A stretch of 64,000 bases of DNA. Origin: Eledone cirrhosa. Its lineage: Eukaryota. The position numbers and the translations under genes are program-made. The DNA is taken from positions 17,422,001 to 17,486,000 of the forward strand of contig OZ024747.1 of the NCBI GenBank assembly GCA_964016885.1, given 5' to 3'. Below the pieces are notes generated by a model that was not told where the DNA came from, ran no database searches, and saw only the letters and a list, made by a program, of their open reading frames with translations. Position 1 is the stretch's first letter. Every line of letters begins with the position of its first letter. Shown one piece after another: positions 1 to 11,491 of this stretch.

Positions 1-346
1 CGTTTCTAGGATATATATGTGTTAGAGTTGGCATGCATATTCAACAGATCTATGTACAAAATTATACAAAATTATACAAACTATCAAGATTAAATATACA
101 TACCAACACATATATACGCCGTCTTCAGAAATAATTATTTCTGAAGACGGCGTATATATGTGTTGGTATGTATATTTAATCTTGATAGTTTGTATAATTT
201 TGAATAATTTTGTATAATTTTGTACATAGATCTGTTGAATATGCATGCCAACTCTAACACATATATATCCTAGAAACGATCGTTAAATAATGAACTTTTT
301 TTGTTTAATATAAGGAATTGTTTATTCATTATTTGTTTAATATTTT
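1..346. mobile_element. Fold-back (palindromic) PLE-derived non-autonomous element, family F1; left arm runs off the window
   Basis: Near-perfect inverted repeat centred at 134/135 (gaaataa|ttatttc). Right arm ends in (TA)n at ~346. Close homologue at 59141-59721. Confidence 0.8.
135..290 (+). ncRNA. Type I hammerhead ribozyme with a very long stem II
   Basis: Stem I ttattt(135-140)/aaataa(285-290); CTGAAGA 141-147; ~125-nt stem II (tatatatgtgtt/aacacatatata, gttggtatgtatattt/gaatatgcatgccaac); GAAA 273-276; palindromic stem III cgatcg; GTT cleavage triplet. Confidence 0.65.
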
Positions 347-1606
<1,260 letters not shown>

Positions 1607-1697
1607 TTGCTCTAGTGTTCTTATATATTTGATATATATTTATCCTTATCGAGCCTTCATTGGATTTCAGTCTTCACATTTATTATTATTATTGTTA

Positions 1698-1749
<52 letters not shown>

Positions 1750-1756
1750 GTGTGCG

Positions 1757-1789
<33 letters not shown>

Positions 1790-3157
1790 ATGCGTGTGCG
1801 TGTGCATATATATATAGTGTAAACGAAACCTTTTTCTAATACATATGCATATTTATATATATTATATAAAGAGAATAAGAATTGCCTATCACACATAAAA
1901 CCAGAAGATTCTAGCAGATTTTATGAGAGACATATATTATTTTCTATAAATATAGATTGGTAATGTATTTATATATGACGTGGATTGAATATTTAAGTGA
2001 AAACTCTGACGAAAAAACACAGTTAAATTCGCTTAACAATTATATAGTTTCATTGCATTTGCCATGAAAGTTATAAAATCAATAATTAAATATATACATA
2101 TACGCATCTATATACGTACATACACGTGCATACGCGGAAACACCCGCCATGCATGCATATATATGCACTTACACATTAAACACGCGCACACATACATAAA
2201 CCCGCACACATACGAACGTATACACCAAATACACATAAAAAATATATATGTGTGTGTGTGTCTGTATATACATATGATTATATAAACGTATATAAATATA
2301 TTCATAATATTTTACAAACTTTAGATTTCCAGAAAAATAAACACTTCCATGTAACTTTTCAAATTCTCATGGTGGATCTCTTGTTCATGACAAAATATGT
2401 ATAACATAATTACTCAATTGATTTTGGTCTTTATTTATTTTTTAATCTTTAATGGTGTAAATTTCATTTCATCATAACCGTAAAGCATTGCTCTAATGCA
2501 GTCTGTATTTTTGTGATTAATTGCCTCGGGTTTAAATGCTGTTAGCAATATAGCATAGTGAGTAATTATATTTATTATTTTTTTTATAAACGTCTAACTG
2601 CTAATTTGTTGTTAAAACTTTATTCTCTTGACTATTCGATTAGCAATATATATGTCGGCGCTGGAAAATCAATGAAACATAGCCAAAATTTAAAATATAA
2701 TAGTGATATCTACAGATTACTTAAGCAAAGCATTATACATATCTATCATTTATTTTGGCGTTAACTAAAACAAGCGTTGGTGGCTCGGAATGACACGTGC
2801 TAATAGATGCACCACACCAGCACCTATGTAACGCGAATAATCATAAGAAGAGAAGCTTACGATGCCAGAAAGCGTTTAGTACAAAAGCTAATCCGATAAA
2901 AATGTTTCCTTTTGCATATTTTATTTTTAAAAAAAGGACCTAGTAGATGTTGTGTAAACCAGTCTTTTTGTTATACGCTTTAAATCAGGACATACATGAA
3001 GATACAAGTGATGCATAGAAAGAAACTATACTATTATAAAGTGATCTGCTCAAACTTCTTTAATTTGCTAACCAATCTCTTAAACTCATTGAGCAAAAAT
3101 TGTTATTGGAGATAAATCTGTGTATGTATATATATATTTGTACATATAGATATATAC

Positions 3158-3227
3158 ACTTGCTTATAATTGGTAATCTATTTTATATATATATATATAT
3201 ATAAAATAGATTACCAATTATAAGCAA

Positions 3228-3229
<2 letters not shown>
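3158..3229. repeat. 28-bp perfect inverted repeat around a (TA)n loop
   Basis: acttgcttataattggtaatctatttta / taaaatagattaccaattataagcaagt. Confidence 0.9.
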
Positions 3230-3322
<93 letters not shown>

Positions 3323-3531
3323 GAGAAAAGTTGTATTTTTGCATATATCTCTATACCTGACGCAATCTGTAGACATTTCCCTATACGTTTAAATGTTATT
3401 GATTATTTTATGCAAATTAAGTCTTATTAAAATTAGTTCTATATCCCATTTGATAGATCGTTAATATGTTTAGAAATTAAAAATGAAATTTGCTTCCAAC
3501 CGAACCCATTTACTCAGGTTATCACTTATTC

Positions 3532-3708
3532 TGTAATAACAAATCAATCAATTATATATACATACATATAAATATATAAATATACATACATATAAATATA
3601 TAAATATACATACATATAAATATATAAATATACATACATATAAATATATAAATATACATTTGTAATAACAAATCAATCAATTATATATACATACATATAA
3701 ATATATAA
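3532..3708 (+). repeat. Local direct duplication with internal 22-bp tandem repeats
   Basis: tgtaataacaaatcaatcaattatatatacatacatataaatatataa at 3532 and 3661, with (tacatacatataaatatataaa)n between. Confidence 0.85.
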
Positions 3709-4184
3709 GTATACACACATACATACACATACAGACTCACATATACATATACACATATATTTACATACACATACTTATCCACACACACATACACACACAC
3801 ACAAACATATATATGCACATAACTATATATAAATGTATATATATAAACACATATGCCGGAACATTGCATCTGTTCGGTGTGTAGATATAATCTTTATTTC
3901 GATTATCTCTATAGAGCTCCTGGCATATTGATAGAGTACTGACGAGTTTTTCTCATTTTTGAGTTCTCATCAATGTACTTGTTCATATACTTGTATTGTC
4001 TCTCTGTGTATCTTATGCATTAAACTAATTTCCTAGTTGTACAGACAATAAATGGGCTCAATCTGCGTAGTATATATATTTATCAGTGCGGAGGTGTTTT
4101 ATTGGAAGTATGTCCCTCCCAAAGTATAACAATAATTGTTTCAACACACGTATTCACTTGCAAAGCAAACATTCAAAGATGAAG

Positions 4185-4234
<50 letters not shown>

Positions 4235-4867
4235 TATTTATATATGTTTGATATAACTATAAATATGTAGGGTAGCACTAAGTACTAGCCGGTTACCGGT
4301 ATGATAAAAGGCTCAATGCAAATTTTCAAGTGCCTGTGATTTTTTTGCTTGTGCTTTTTACTTTTACCTATTACACTCCCGACCAGTGCTGCCTGTTAAT
4401 TCAAGCGGAACATCTTTTTAACTCCTGAATCTCCACATGATGCCTTTGACACTAAACAACTATGTACCCTAAATGTTCTAAATGACTAGGATTCTAGTTA
4501 CACGTTTTCGACATTCCTTATGCACTGATGATTCCAGACTTCTCTCTAGAAGAAACAATTGTCAGCTAATAAATGATCTAAACTAAAATGTGATCGTTTT
4601 TTAACACTTTGTGTATATATATGTGCTTAAAATAAGAATGAGAAGAAAGCAAGAACGGGGGAGGAAGTTTTCCTCATCAGTTGTCTTCTGGGGGGAGGTC
4701 TCGGATATTTTTACGCATTAAAGACAAGATATCTACCTCCAACGCGTTCAATAACTAGGTAAGTTATTGGAAAAACGAAGGAGGGGGGGGGGGAGAAAAT
4801 ATAGGATAACAGAAGGGAAAAGGGGGAAAAAAGAGAAAAGAGGAAAACAGCGAAACAAAACGAAAAA

Positions 4868-5095
4868 CGGTTGACCGGTGAGGAATACGTGGAGGTGCCG
4901 TAGCCTTAATGCATGTTTACGCATCATTAGCCACGGCATCCCCAGCCCTCCTTTCGTAGGGTGTTGACAGCAGATGGATCTCCTAACCAAAGGAGCCCGC
5001 TTCTTCCAAAGGAATTGGAAGAGTGCGCGCTCCATCTTGGTGAGGGTTTCCCTTGGGCAAGGCACGACGGTCAGGCAGTAGTAGCTGACGAACGG
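4868..5095 (-). mobile_element. Tx1-clade LINE ORF2 fragment (third variant), 5'-truncated at (GATA)n
   Basis: Translates YYCLTVVPCPRETLTKMERALFQFLWKKRAPLVRRSICCQHPTKGGLGMPWLMMRKHALRLRHL, homologous to ORF2 of the adjacent copies. Confidence 0.9.
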
Positions 5096-5097
5096 TA

Positions 5098-5098
5098 T

Positions 5099-5152
<54 letters not shown>
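5098..5152. repeat. (GATA)n microsatellite, Tx1 target/tail
   Basis: Directly visible; abuts the 3' end of Tx1 copy A. Confidence 0.97.
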
Positions 5153-5492
5153 TTCTTTATTTACCATAAAGGCATAAAAAGAAGGGACAAATAAAAAGGG
5201 GGAGTTTACATATAATCGAGTAAAAAGGGTGTAACATGAAAATAATCGAAAATAACCTCAAAAGGGAGGGGACGTGATGGGGGTTGCACACACCCCCGAA
5301 AAAGTGTGCAATCCTTTGCCCGGGGAGCACATGGAGAAGGTGCTCCCCTCTCCTTTACTTCTTTACCTACAGGATGGTATACAGAGAAGGCCCATTTACA
5401 CGAGCCATTCTCGCCACTATCACCCACCTTTCATAAAACTGCCTGTGGCCAAGCACCTCTCTCTGCATTCTTATCCTTCTTCCGAAGTGATA

Positions 5493-8400
5493 TCAGCAGA
5501 AGTAGACCAGACTATGGCCAGAGAGGAAGTTGCCTGACCTCAGACCTTTCAATCGTGTCCACCAAACAACCTCTTTCAACATGGCTATTACGCACAGAAA
5601 AACCGCCTTTGCTTCCTTTGTGAAGAGGGGAGGCGGCTTGATTGTCACCACGGACTCGGCGGTCAATTTAATCGGCGCCACCCGCGACAGCAGTCGTTCG
5701 GCGTAGCCCCACAGATCAGCCACGCCCGGACATTGCACCAATGCGTGCGCAACGGTTTCTTCGTGACGCACGCATCTAGGGCAAATCTTTTTTGAGGGAT
5801 CCCTGCCCGGGCGCACGTGTCTGTAGAGCCTCTCTCGAACGGGTAGAGCCCCCCGGTAGCACTGCCAGGCCAGTGACTTCTGGAAGTTGTCCATTGGTCC
5901 TGGGCAGAAAGTCCTACCGAACAGGCTGGCCAGTTCGTCTTCCTCCATGTCCAGCGACTCTCCAAGGGTGTCATCGCCCCTGCTAGCCACCAGCCCTCTA
6001 TAGAATGATGAGGTGGATTCTTCACCGATGGCCTGGCCCGCTTGCCAGAGAGCCCTGAGCGCCTGAGCACACTCAGTGTGCCAGTCTCCCAGTTTTCCGG
6101 ATCTTTGCTTGACCCAGGACTGTAGCTCGGTGAGCGAGACGAGTCTCGGAAAGGCTCGTTTCACGAACGGAGCCCACACCGGTTGACCAGTGAGGAATAC
6201 CTGTAGGTGCCGTAGCCTTAATGCGTGCCTACGCATCATCAACCACGGCATCCCCAGCCCTCCTTTCGAAGGTTGTTGGCAGCAGATGGATCTTCTCACC
6301 ATAGGAGGGCGCTTCTTCCAAAGAAATTGGAAGAGCATGCGTTCCATGGTGGTGAGTGTTTCCTTAGGGCAAGGCACGACAGTCAGGCGGTAGTAAGTGA
6401 CGGACGCTATGTAAATGTTCGCCACCTCCGCCCGGCCTTTTAAGGACAGCTTACACTTGGCCCATTTCTGGGTTAGTGCAAACACCTTGTTCGTAACCTC
6501 GTTCCAGTTCTTTTCCACCTGGAGGTCCGGTCCAAACCAGACCCCAAGCAACTTTACCGGGCCCTCCGTCCAGTGTCCGACGACACCGTCAGGAGGCATC
6601 GGTCTGCCTCTCCACGTTCCGAGTTGCAGCCCGATGGATTTTTCCCGGTTCAGTTTCGCTCCTGACAACCTTTCGTACTCCTCCAGTAAGGTATCGATCG
6701 CCTCGATCTCCGAGTCGGTCGATACCATTACTGTTACGTCATCGGCGTAGGCCGACACCGCTTTGCTCAATCCTGGTTCCAGGGGGATACCCTGCAACAA
6801 CTCCAACTTCCTCAGTAAAGGCTCGAGAGTCAATACGTACAGAAGGGAGGAGAGAGGGCACCCCTGTCGAATGGATCGTGTGATTTCGAACGGCTTCGAA
6901 AGGTAGCCGTTCACCTTGATCCTAGAACAGATGTGGTTGCTATGTAAGGCAGTGATCCAGCCTCTGAAAACAGGACCGTACCCAGCCGCCGCTAGCACCG
7001 CATCCAGGTAACCATGGTCGACCCTATCGAAGGCCTTAGACTGATCCAAGTTGATCAGGGCCCCACCGAAGCCGGGTTTGTTGCCAACCCTCTCTATGAT
7101 GTATCGCATGAGGTGGAGGTTATCGTGAATGGACCTAGATCGGATAGCACATGTTTGCGCATCTCCCACCAGGCCACCCACGACAAGCGCCAACCTCTTT
7201 GCTAACACCTTGGCCAAAATCTTTAACTCTGTGTTAGGCAGGGTTATGGGCCGAAAATTATTTATACTATCTCCCTTGTTCTCGTCCTTCCTCACCAGCG
7301 TGACTACGCCCTTGGCTACAGAACAAGGAATTCTCCCGTTCTGCTGCCAATTGCAGTAGACCGCTTCGAGGAGTTCGGAGAAGAAGACCGGCATTGCTAA
7401 ATAAAGTTCGTAAGGTATACCATCGAGACCTGGAGATTTGCGTCTGCTGCATTGGCTCAGCGCATCTCCGATCTCATCAGCCGAGATTGGTCCCTCGCAG
7501 GACTCTGCCTCTTCGCTCGAGAGACGCGGCATGCCGTCGAGGTATGGACCGAAATCCACGCCCCCGCCCGGACCCCCGCCCGGACCCACGCCTCCCCCGA
7601 ACAATCGGGCAAAGTGCCTTTGAAAGGCCTCGCACATCTGCTTAGGCTCCCGGATCACCCGTCCATCTTCGTCTTGCAACGACCGGATGGTGGATCGATT
7701 TCCACTCTTAGCTTCTGTCACGCGGGCCCAGCCAACGGCTTTGGCCCCCTCATTACCTAGAGCACGTATTTTACTTCGAATGATGCAGCCTTCGTGCTTT
7801 GCATCGAAAAACTGGTTCAAGGCCGTCCTCGATGCCAGCACTCTGGCCACATCTTCGCTCTTGATTGCCTCTTCTAATTTACCTGTTAATTCTTTCTCGT
7901 TTCTATTCCTATCGGCAGCTAACATCTTGCTATAACTTATTGATTCTGTTCTAATCTCTCTTTTGAGAGATGCCCACCATCGGTTGTTGACGATTGCACC
8001 CGTCAACCTCTCCTTAACTAATCTGCTAATCCGGTTTCTGTAAGTCTCTTTTGCCGGTAAAGACAAATTAAGTTTCCAGTAACCGGGACCCTGTCTATGT
8101 GTTTTCTCGAGATTGACTACGCAGGTCACTAATTTGTGATCCGTGTAGCCAACCGTGCGCATTTCTGGACAGCTTAATATGTCCCTATCCTTACTTCTAA
8201 CTAAGAATCTATCTAAGTACGATCTAGATTGACCACTGTGGTTTCTCCAAGTCCAGGTAGGCACAGTTGGAAAATCTAGTCGATATCTATCGACCAAGTT
8301 AAAACGGTCGAGTAACCCCTTGAGGATGTTACACCCCCCTCTATTAGAACATGCTCCTGCATAGTCCCAACGTGCATCTAGGATGTCATTCCAATCCCCC

Positions 8401-8816
8401 GCTAGAAGCAGGGAACGCGACGTTCCCAGAAAAGTCTCCAAACGCTGGAAGAAGTCGGGCCGTTCAGCTCCGAAAGGGGAGTAGACGGCGACCAGTCTCA
8501 AGGCCGCACTTTCACTACTGCCAACGTCTAGCACCAACAAACGACCCTCCGGGTCCGAGTGCACAACCTGTACGGCAAGACCCAGGTGTTTTTGCAGCAG
8601 TACGACAACCCCATCCCCACCTCCAGGTTGACAGAGAGATTCATGCACCTCAAAGTCATCGAAGGTGGGGGCCAGCTGCCGCACGACGCTGATTCGAGTC
8701 TCACAGATAACCATTACATTTATACTACATGACCTGAGGTCATCTAGAAGCTTTGCTTGCTTCCAAGTTGAGCCCAGGCCACGTGCATTCAAACATCCTA
8801 CTCTTAACACATCCAT
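5493..8816 (-). CDS. Tx1 ORF2 (APE endonuclease, reverse transcriptase, zf-RVT-like C-terminus); last ~35 codons frameshifted relative to copy B
   Basis: 1107 aa. LNARGL, CETR, GDWN, SYLDRF, TDHK (APE); GPGYWKLN (Tx1-typical); SPGLDG, NFRPITL, LDQSKAFDRVDH, IRQGCPLS, YADD (RT); CPRC..ETVAHALVQC. Confidence 0.93.
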   Translation of the reverse strand: MDVLRVGCLNARGLGSTWKQAKLLDDLRSCSINVMVICETRISVVRQLAPTFDDFEVHESLCQPGGGDGVVVLLQKHLGLAVQVVHSDPEGRLLVLDVGSSESAALRLVAVYSPFGAERPDFFQRLETFLGTSRSLLLAGDWNDILDARWDYAGACSNRGGCNILKGLLDRFNLVDRYRLDFPTVPTWTWRNHSGQSRSYLDRFLVRSKDRDILSCPEMRTVGYTDHKLVTCVVNLEKTHRQGPGYWKLNLSLPAKETYRNRISRLVKERLTGAIVNNRWWASLKREIRTESISYSKMLAADRNRNEKELTGKLEEAIKSEDVARVLASRTALNQFFDAKHEGCIIRSKIRALGNEGAKAVGWARVTEAKSGNRSTIRSLQDEDGRVIREPKQMCEAFQRHFARLFGGGVGPGGGPGGGVDFGPYLDGMPRLSSEEAESCEGPISADEIGDALSQCSRRKSPGLDGIPYELYLAMPVFFSELLEAVYCNWQQNGRIPCSVAKGVVTLVRKDENKGDSINNFRPITLPNTELKILAKVLAKRLALVVGGLVGDAQTCAIRSRSIHDNLHLMRYIIERVGNKPGFGGALINLDQSKAFDRVDHGYLDAVLAAAGYGPVFRGWITALHSNHICSRIKVNGYLSKPFEITRSIRQGCPLSSLLYVLTLEPLLRKLELLQGIPLEPGLSKAVSAYADDVTVMVSTDSEIEAIDTLLEEYERLSGAKLNREKSIGLQLGTWRGRPMPPDGVVGHWTEGPVKLLGVWFGPDLQVEKNWNEVTNKVFALTQKWAKCKLSLKGRAEVANIYIASVTYYRLTVVPCPKETLTTMERMLFQFLWKKRPPMVRRSICCQQPSKGGLGMPWLMMRRHALRLRHLQVFLTGQPVWAPFVKRAFPRLVSLTELQSWVKQRSGKLGDWHTECAQALRALWQAGQAIGEESTSSFYRGLVASRGDDTLGESLDMEEDELASLFGRTFCPGPMDNFQKSLAWQCYRGALPVRERLYRHVRPGRDPSKKICPRCVRHEETVAHALVQCPGVADLWGYAERLLSRVAPIKLTAESVVTIKPPPLFTKEAKAVFLCVIAMLKEVVWWTRLKGLRSGNFLSGHSLVYFC

Positions 8817-8849
8817 GTGGGCGGCAGAGCCAAAGGAGAGTGTAGAGAC

Positions 8850-10754
8850 CTACCTTTCCGCTTCCCGGGGTTCGGGTTGCACGACTTCCATGGGGTCGGG
8901 GGTGTTGGGTGAAGGGGTGTCTTGTGGTGGTGTGGGGTCGTCAGTGTGTGGTGGGGTTGGGGTGTTTGGAGTTGTGTTGGGGAGGGGAAGGGGAGGGGGA
9001 AAGCTTTTTAGTAGGACGCGGTTTATGGGTTTGACAGAGGGTGGTCCTACGTCCTCCTTAAAATCCTTTTTTAGTTTTTGGTAGAGGTTCATTGGGATCT
9101 TTATTAATTTTAAATGTGGGTAGTTTTCTGAAGAAACAAAGTTTACACCTTCGGTTTGTACCGAAGGATTATTGTATATGAGTTCATTTAATTTATTATT
9201 GTTTCTGTTGATGTAAGTATAGTGTAATGTCTTTTTTTCGGATGGTGTGAGTGTTTCGAAGAGGGGAGGGGCAGGTTTGGTTTTGTTTGTTGCTGGAGGG
9301 GTGTTTTCTGTTTTGTTGGATTGTGTTGAGATTTGGGTGGGAGTTGTTTGGCCTTGTGTGTTTTGCACATGTTTTCTCCGTTTCTTCCTCCGAATTCGTT
9401 GGGTTATCTTCAGTGTTGGAGGGAAGAGGTATGTTTGCTGGTAATGTTTCCGTGTTGGTTTTCTTTGTGGGGGAGATGGATGTCACTATGTTAGACTCTG
9501 TTGTGTGTTGTGTCTGCGGTGGTTGTGTTGTTTTATTGAGTGAGAGGTTGGGTGGGCCTGTATTTTGTTTTGGGGTAATGTGTTGTGACTGTTTGTGTTG
9601 TGGTGGTGGTGTGGTTTTACTGAGGGACGGGTTGGGTGGGACTGAGTTTTGTTGTTTGTTTATCTGTTGTGGTGGTGGTGGTGGATCTGGTGTTGGTAGC
9701 AGGGTTTTCTTTTTGTTGAGTTGGGGACAAGCGGCCTTCAGGTGCCCTCTGCCTGCACAGATATGGCAGGACGGCCTTCTCCCCTCCACGCTAATGTTTA
9801 TATACCCGTGGTCCTCTAATAGGATTCTGTCGGGTATTTGGGCGATGCGTTGAGGCTTCATTTGCACTACCAGCTCTATACCTGTTCCACTGAACGCATT
9901 GCCTGTGGTTTTCCCAATGGAAATCACGTTGTCATTCACTGGATCGATGAAGCCAGCTATGAGCCAGCAGTAGTCCACATCTGGCATCACTTGCATCCAG
10001 CCATATGCGTTGAGTTCTTTTACCCATATAAGATGGATAAAAGGTAAAATTTTTCGAACGAATCGGTGACAAAGCACATTTTTTTGCCGCCGATTCGTTC
10101 TTCATGATAATTGCTAGGCTTCCATACAGTCTGTCTTTTCTTATGAAAGTGGTTTCATTAAGTACTTCTGTGAGTACTGTTTTGATATCTGCTTGAGAAG
10201 GCTGTTCAGGTTTTTTTGTACTGTTGTTGATGGTCCGAAACTTGACCGTTCGGCTTTCAATGTCTTTGGTGAATTCTTGAGGCATTTTTACCGATAAAAT
10301 ACCATTCTCTCCTTCACTTATGTATTGTTTGGCGTCTGTGATCCTTCGTGCCACATCTTAAATATTTTCCGCTATATAAGTCAAAGATTTCTTTGTTTTC
10401 TGTGCAAATGAAATCTTGTCGTCTGCTTTGCTTTCTGTTATGGTGTTATTTTCAAATGTTATTTTTGTGTTTGCTGTGTCTTTGTTTCTGTTATTAGTAT
10501 TGTCATGCAATTTTTCAAATTTTTTTTATTTCGTTGTTGGAATCCATGTCCAGATTTGTGTTTTCGTCATTTTTTTTCTCCGCAGATTCGTCTGTTTTTA
10601 TTTTAATTTTTCCTTCCTTCTCTATGACGTTAGTTGGGAAGGAAGGGGGGACTAAAGCGTGCGAGCTTACAACTCTTACCGCTGTCCCCCCACCACTATT
10701 TTCGTTCGCTGCGTTTAACATTTCTGTTAGACGATTGAAATTTTTTTTACACAA
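8850..10754 (-). pseudogene. Tx1 ORF1 (gag-like, zinc knuckle, Pro/Thr-rich linker), copy A, frameshifted
   Basis: Pieces 10515-10754, 9932-10354, 9196-10077 and 8850-9368 align with ORF1 of copy B (FIRKDRLYGS, FYPSYMG.RTQR, EGRRPSCHICAGRGHLKAAC). Confidence 0.85.
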
Positions 10755-10955
10755 AATTTTTTAAAACAGGTTTTTCACCTCTAGGAGGGGTAAAGATGAG
10801 CTGACCCACCGCCTGACAGTTCAGACGGAGGGTCAAGCTACACAATTGTATCAAAATTAAGTTTGAACTCACAAAATTTCCTCAATAAATTTGAACAAAA
10901 CTTCTGTGCGAAGTGAATTACATCCACACTGTAGAACAGACGACAGCTAGATTGT

Positions 10956-10956
<1 letters not shown>

Positions 10957-11040
<84 letters not shown>
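10957..11040. repeat. (GATA)n
   Basis: Directly visible. Confidence 0.97.
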
Positions 11041-11182
11041 TTCTTTATTAGCCACAAGGGGGCAAAAAGAAAGGGGACAATACAAAGACATGCCGGGGAG
11101 TTTACATACAGTCGTGTAAAAATATAAAAACAAACAATTTCAACAATCGAAATCCCCAATAGGGTGGAGGCGCCACAAATGG
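11041..11182 (-). mobile_element. 5'-truncated Tx1 3'-UTR fragment
   Basis: Homologous to the 3' ends at 5153-5260 and 11261-11390 (ttctttatt..cca.aagg..caaaaagaa.gggaca..ggggagtttacata). GATA arrays on both sides. Confidence 0.88.
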
Positions 11183-11195
11183 TAGATAGATAGAC

Positions 11196-11260
<65 letters not shown>
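11183..11260. repeat. (GATA)n
   Basis: Directly visible. Confidence 0.97.
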
Positions 11261-11261
<1 letters not shown>

Positions 11262-11491
11262 ATTTCTATTTATTTGCCACGAGGGCACAAAAGAAGGGGA
11301 CATTTACACAGTGGGGGAGTTTACATAAATCGAGTAAAGAAAAAAGGAATAACAATAATAATATAACAATAAAAGTCCTCAAAAGGGAGGGGGCGTGTTG
11401 GGGATTGCACATACCCCCGAAAAGTGTGCAACTCTTTTCGCGGGGGAAGCCCAGAGAGGAGGCGCTCCCCCTTTCCTCTTCACTTCTTCAC

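Larger units (their letters stand above)
5153..10956 (-). mobile_element. Tx1-clade (L1 group) non-LTR retrotransposon, copy A, near full length
   Basis: 5' UTR, gag-like ORF1 with CCHC knuckle, ORF2 with APE endonuclease + RT + C-terminal Cys motif. 3' end AATAAAGAA followed directly by (ATCT)n. (GATA)n on both sides. Confidence 0.93.

Noticed and set aside
1609-1655. GCTC...TCGAGC as another instance of the bulged stem
   Set aside because: The upper stem pairs poorly and there is no associated arm or ribozyme; not counted.
3935-3980. CTGACGA within a small hairpin
   Set aside because: No downstream GAAA; only a short imperfect inverted repeat.
4660-4690. CTGATGA on the minus strand as a hammerhead core
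   Set aside because: No GAAA-stem III-UH after a stem II, and no closing stem I.
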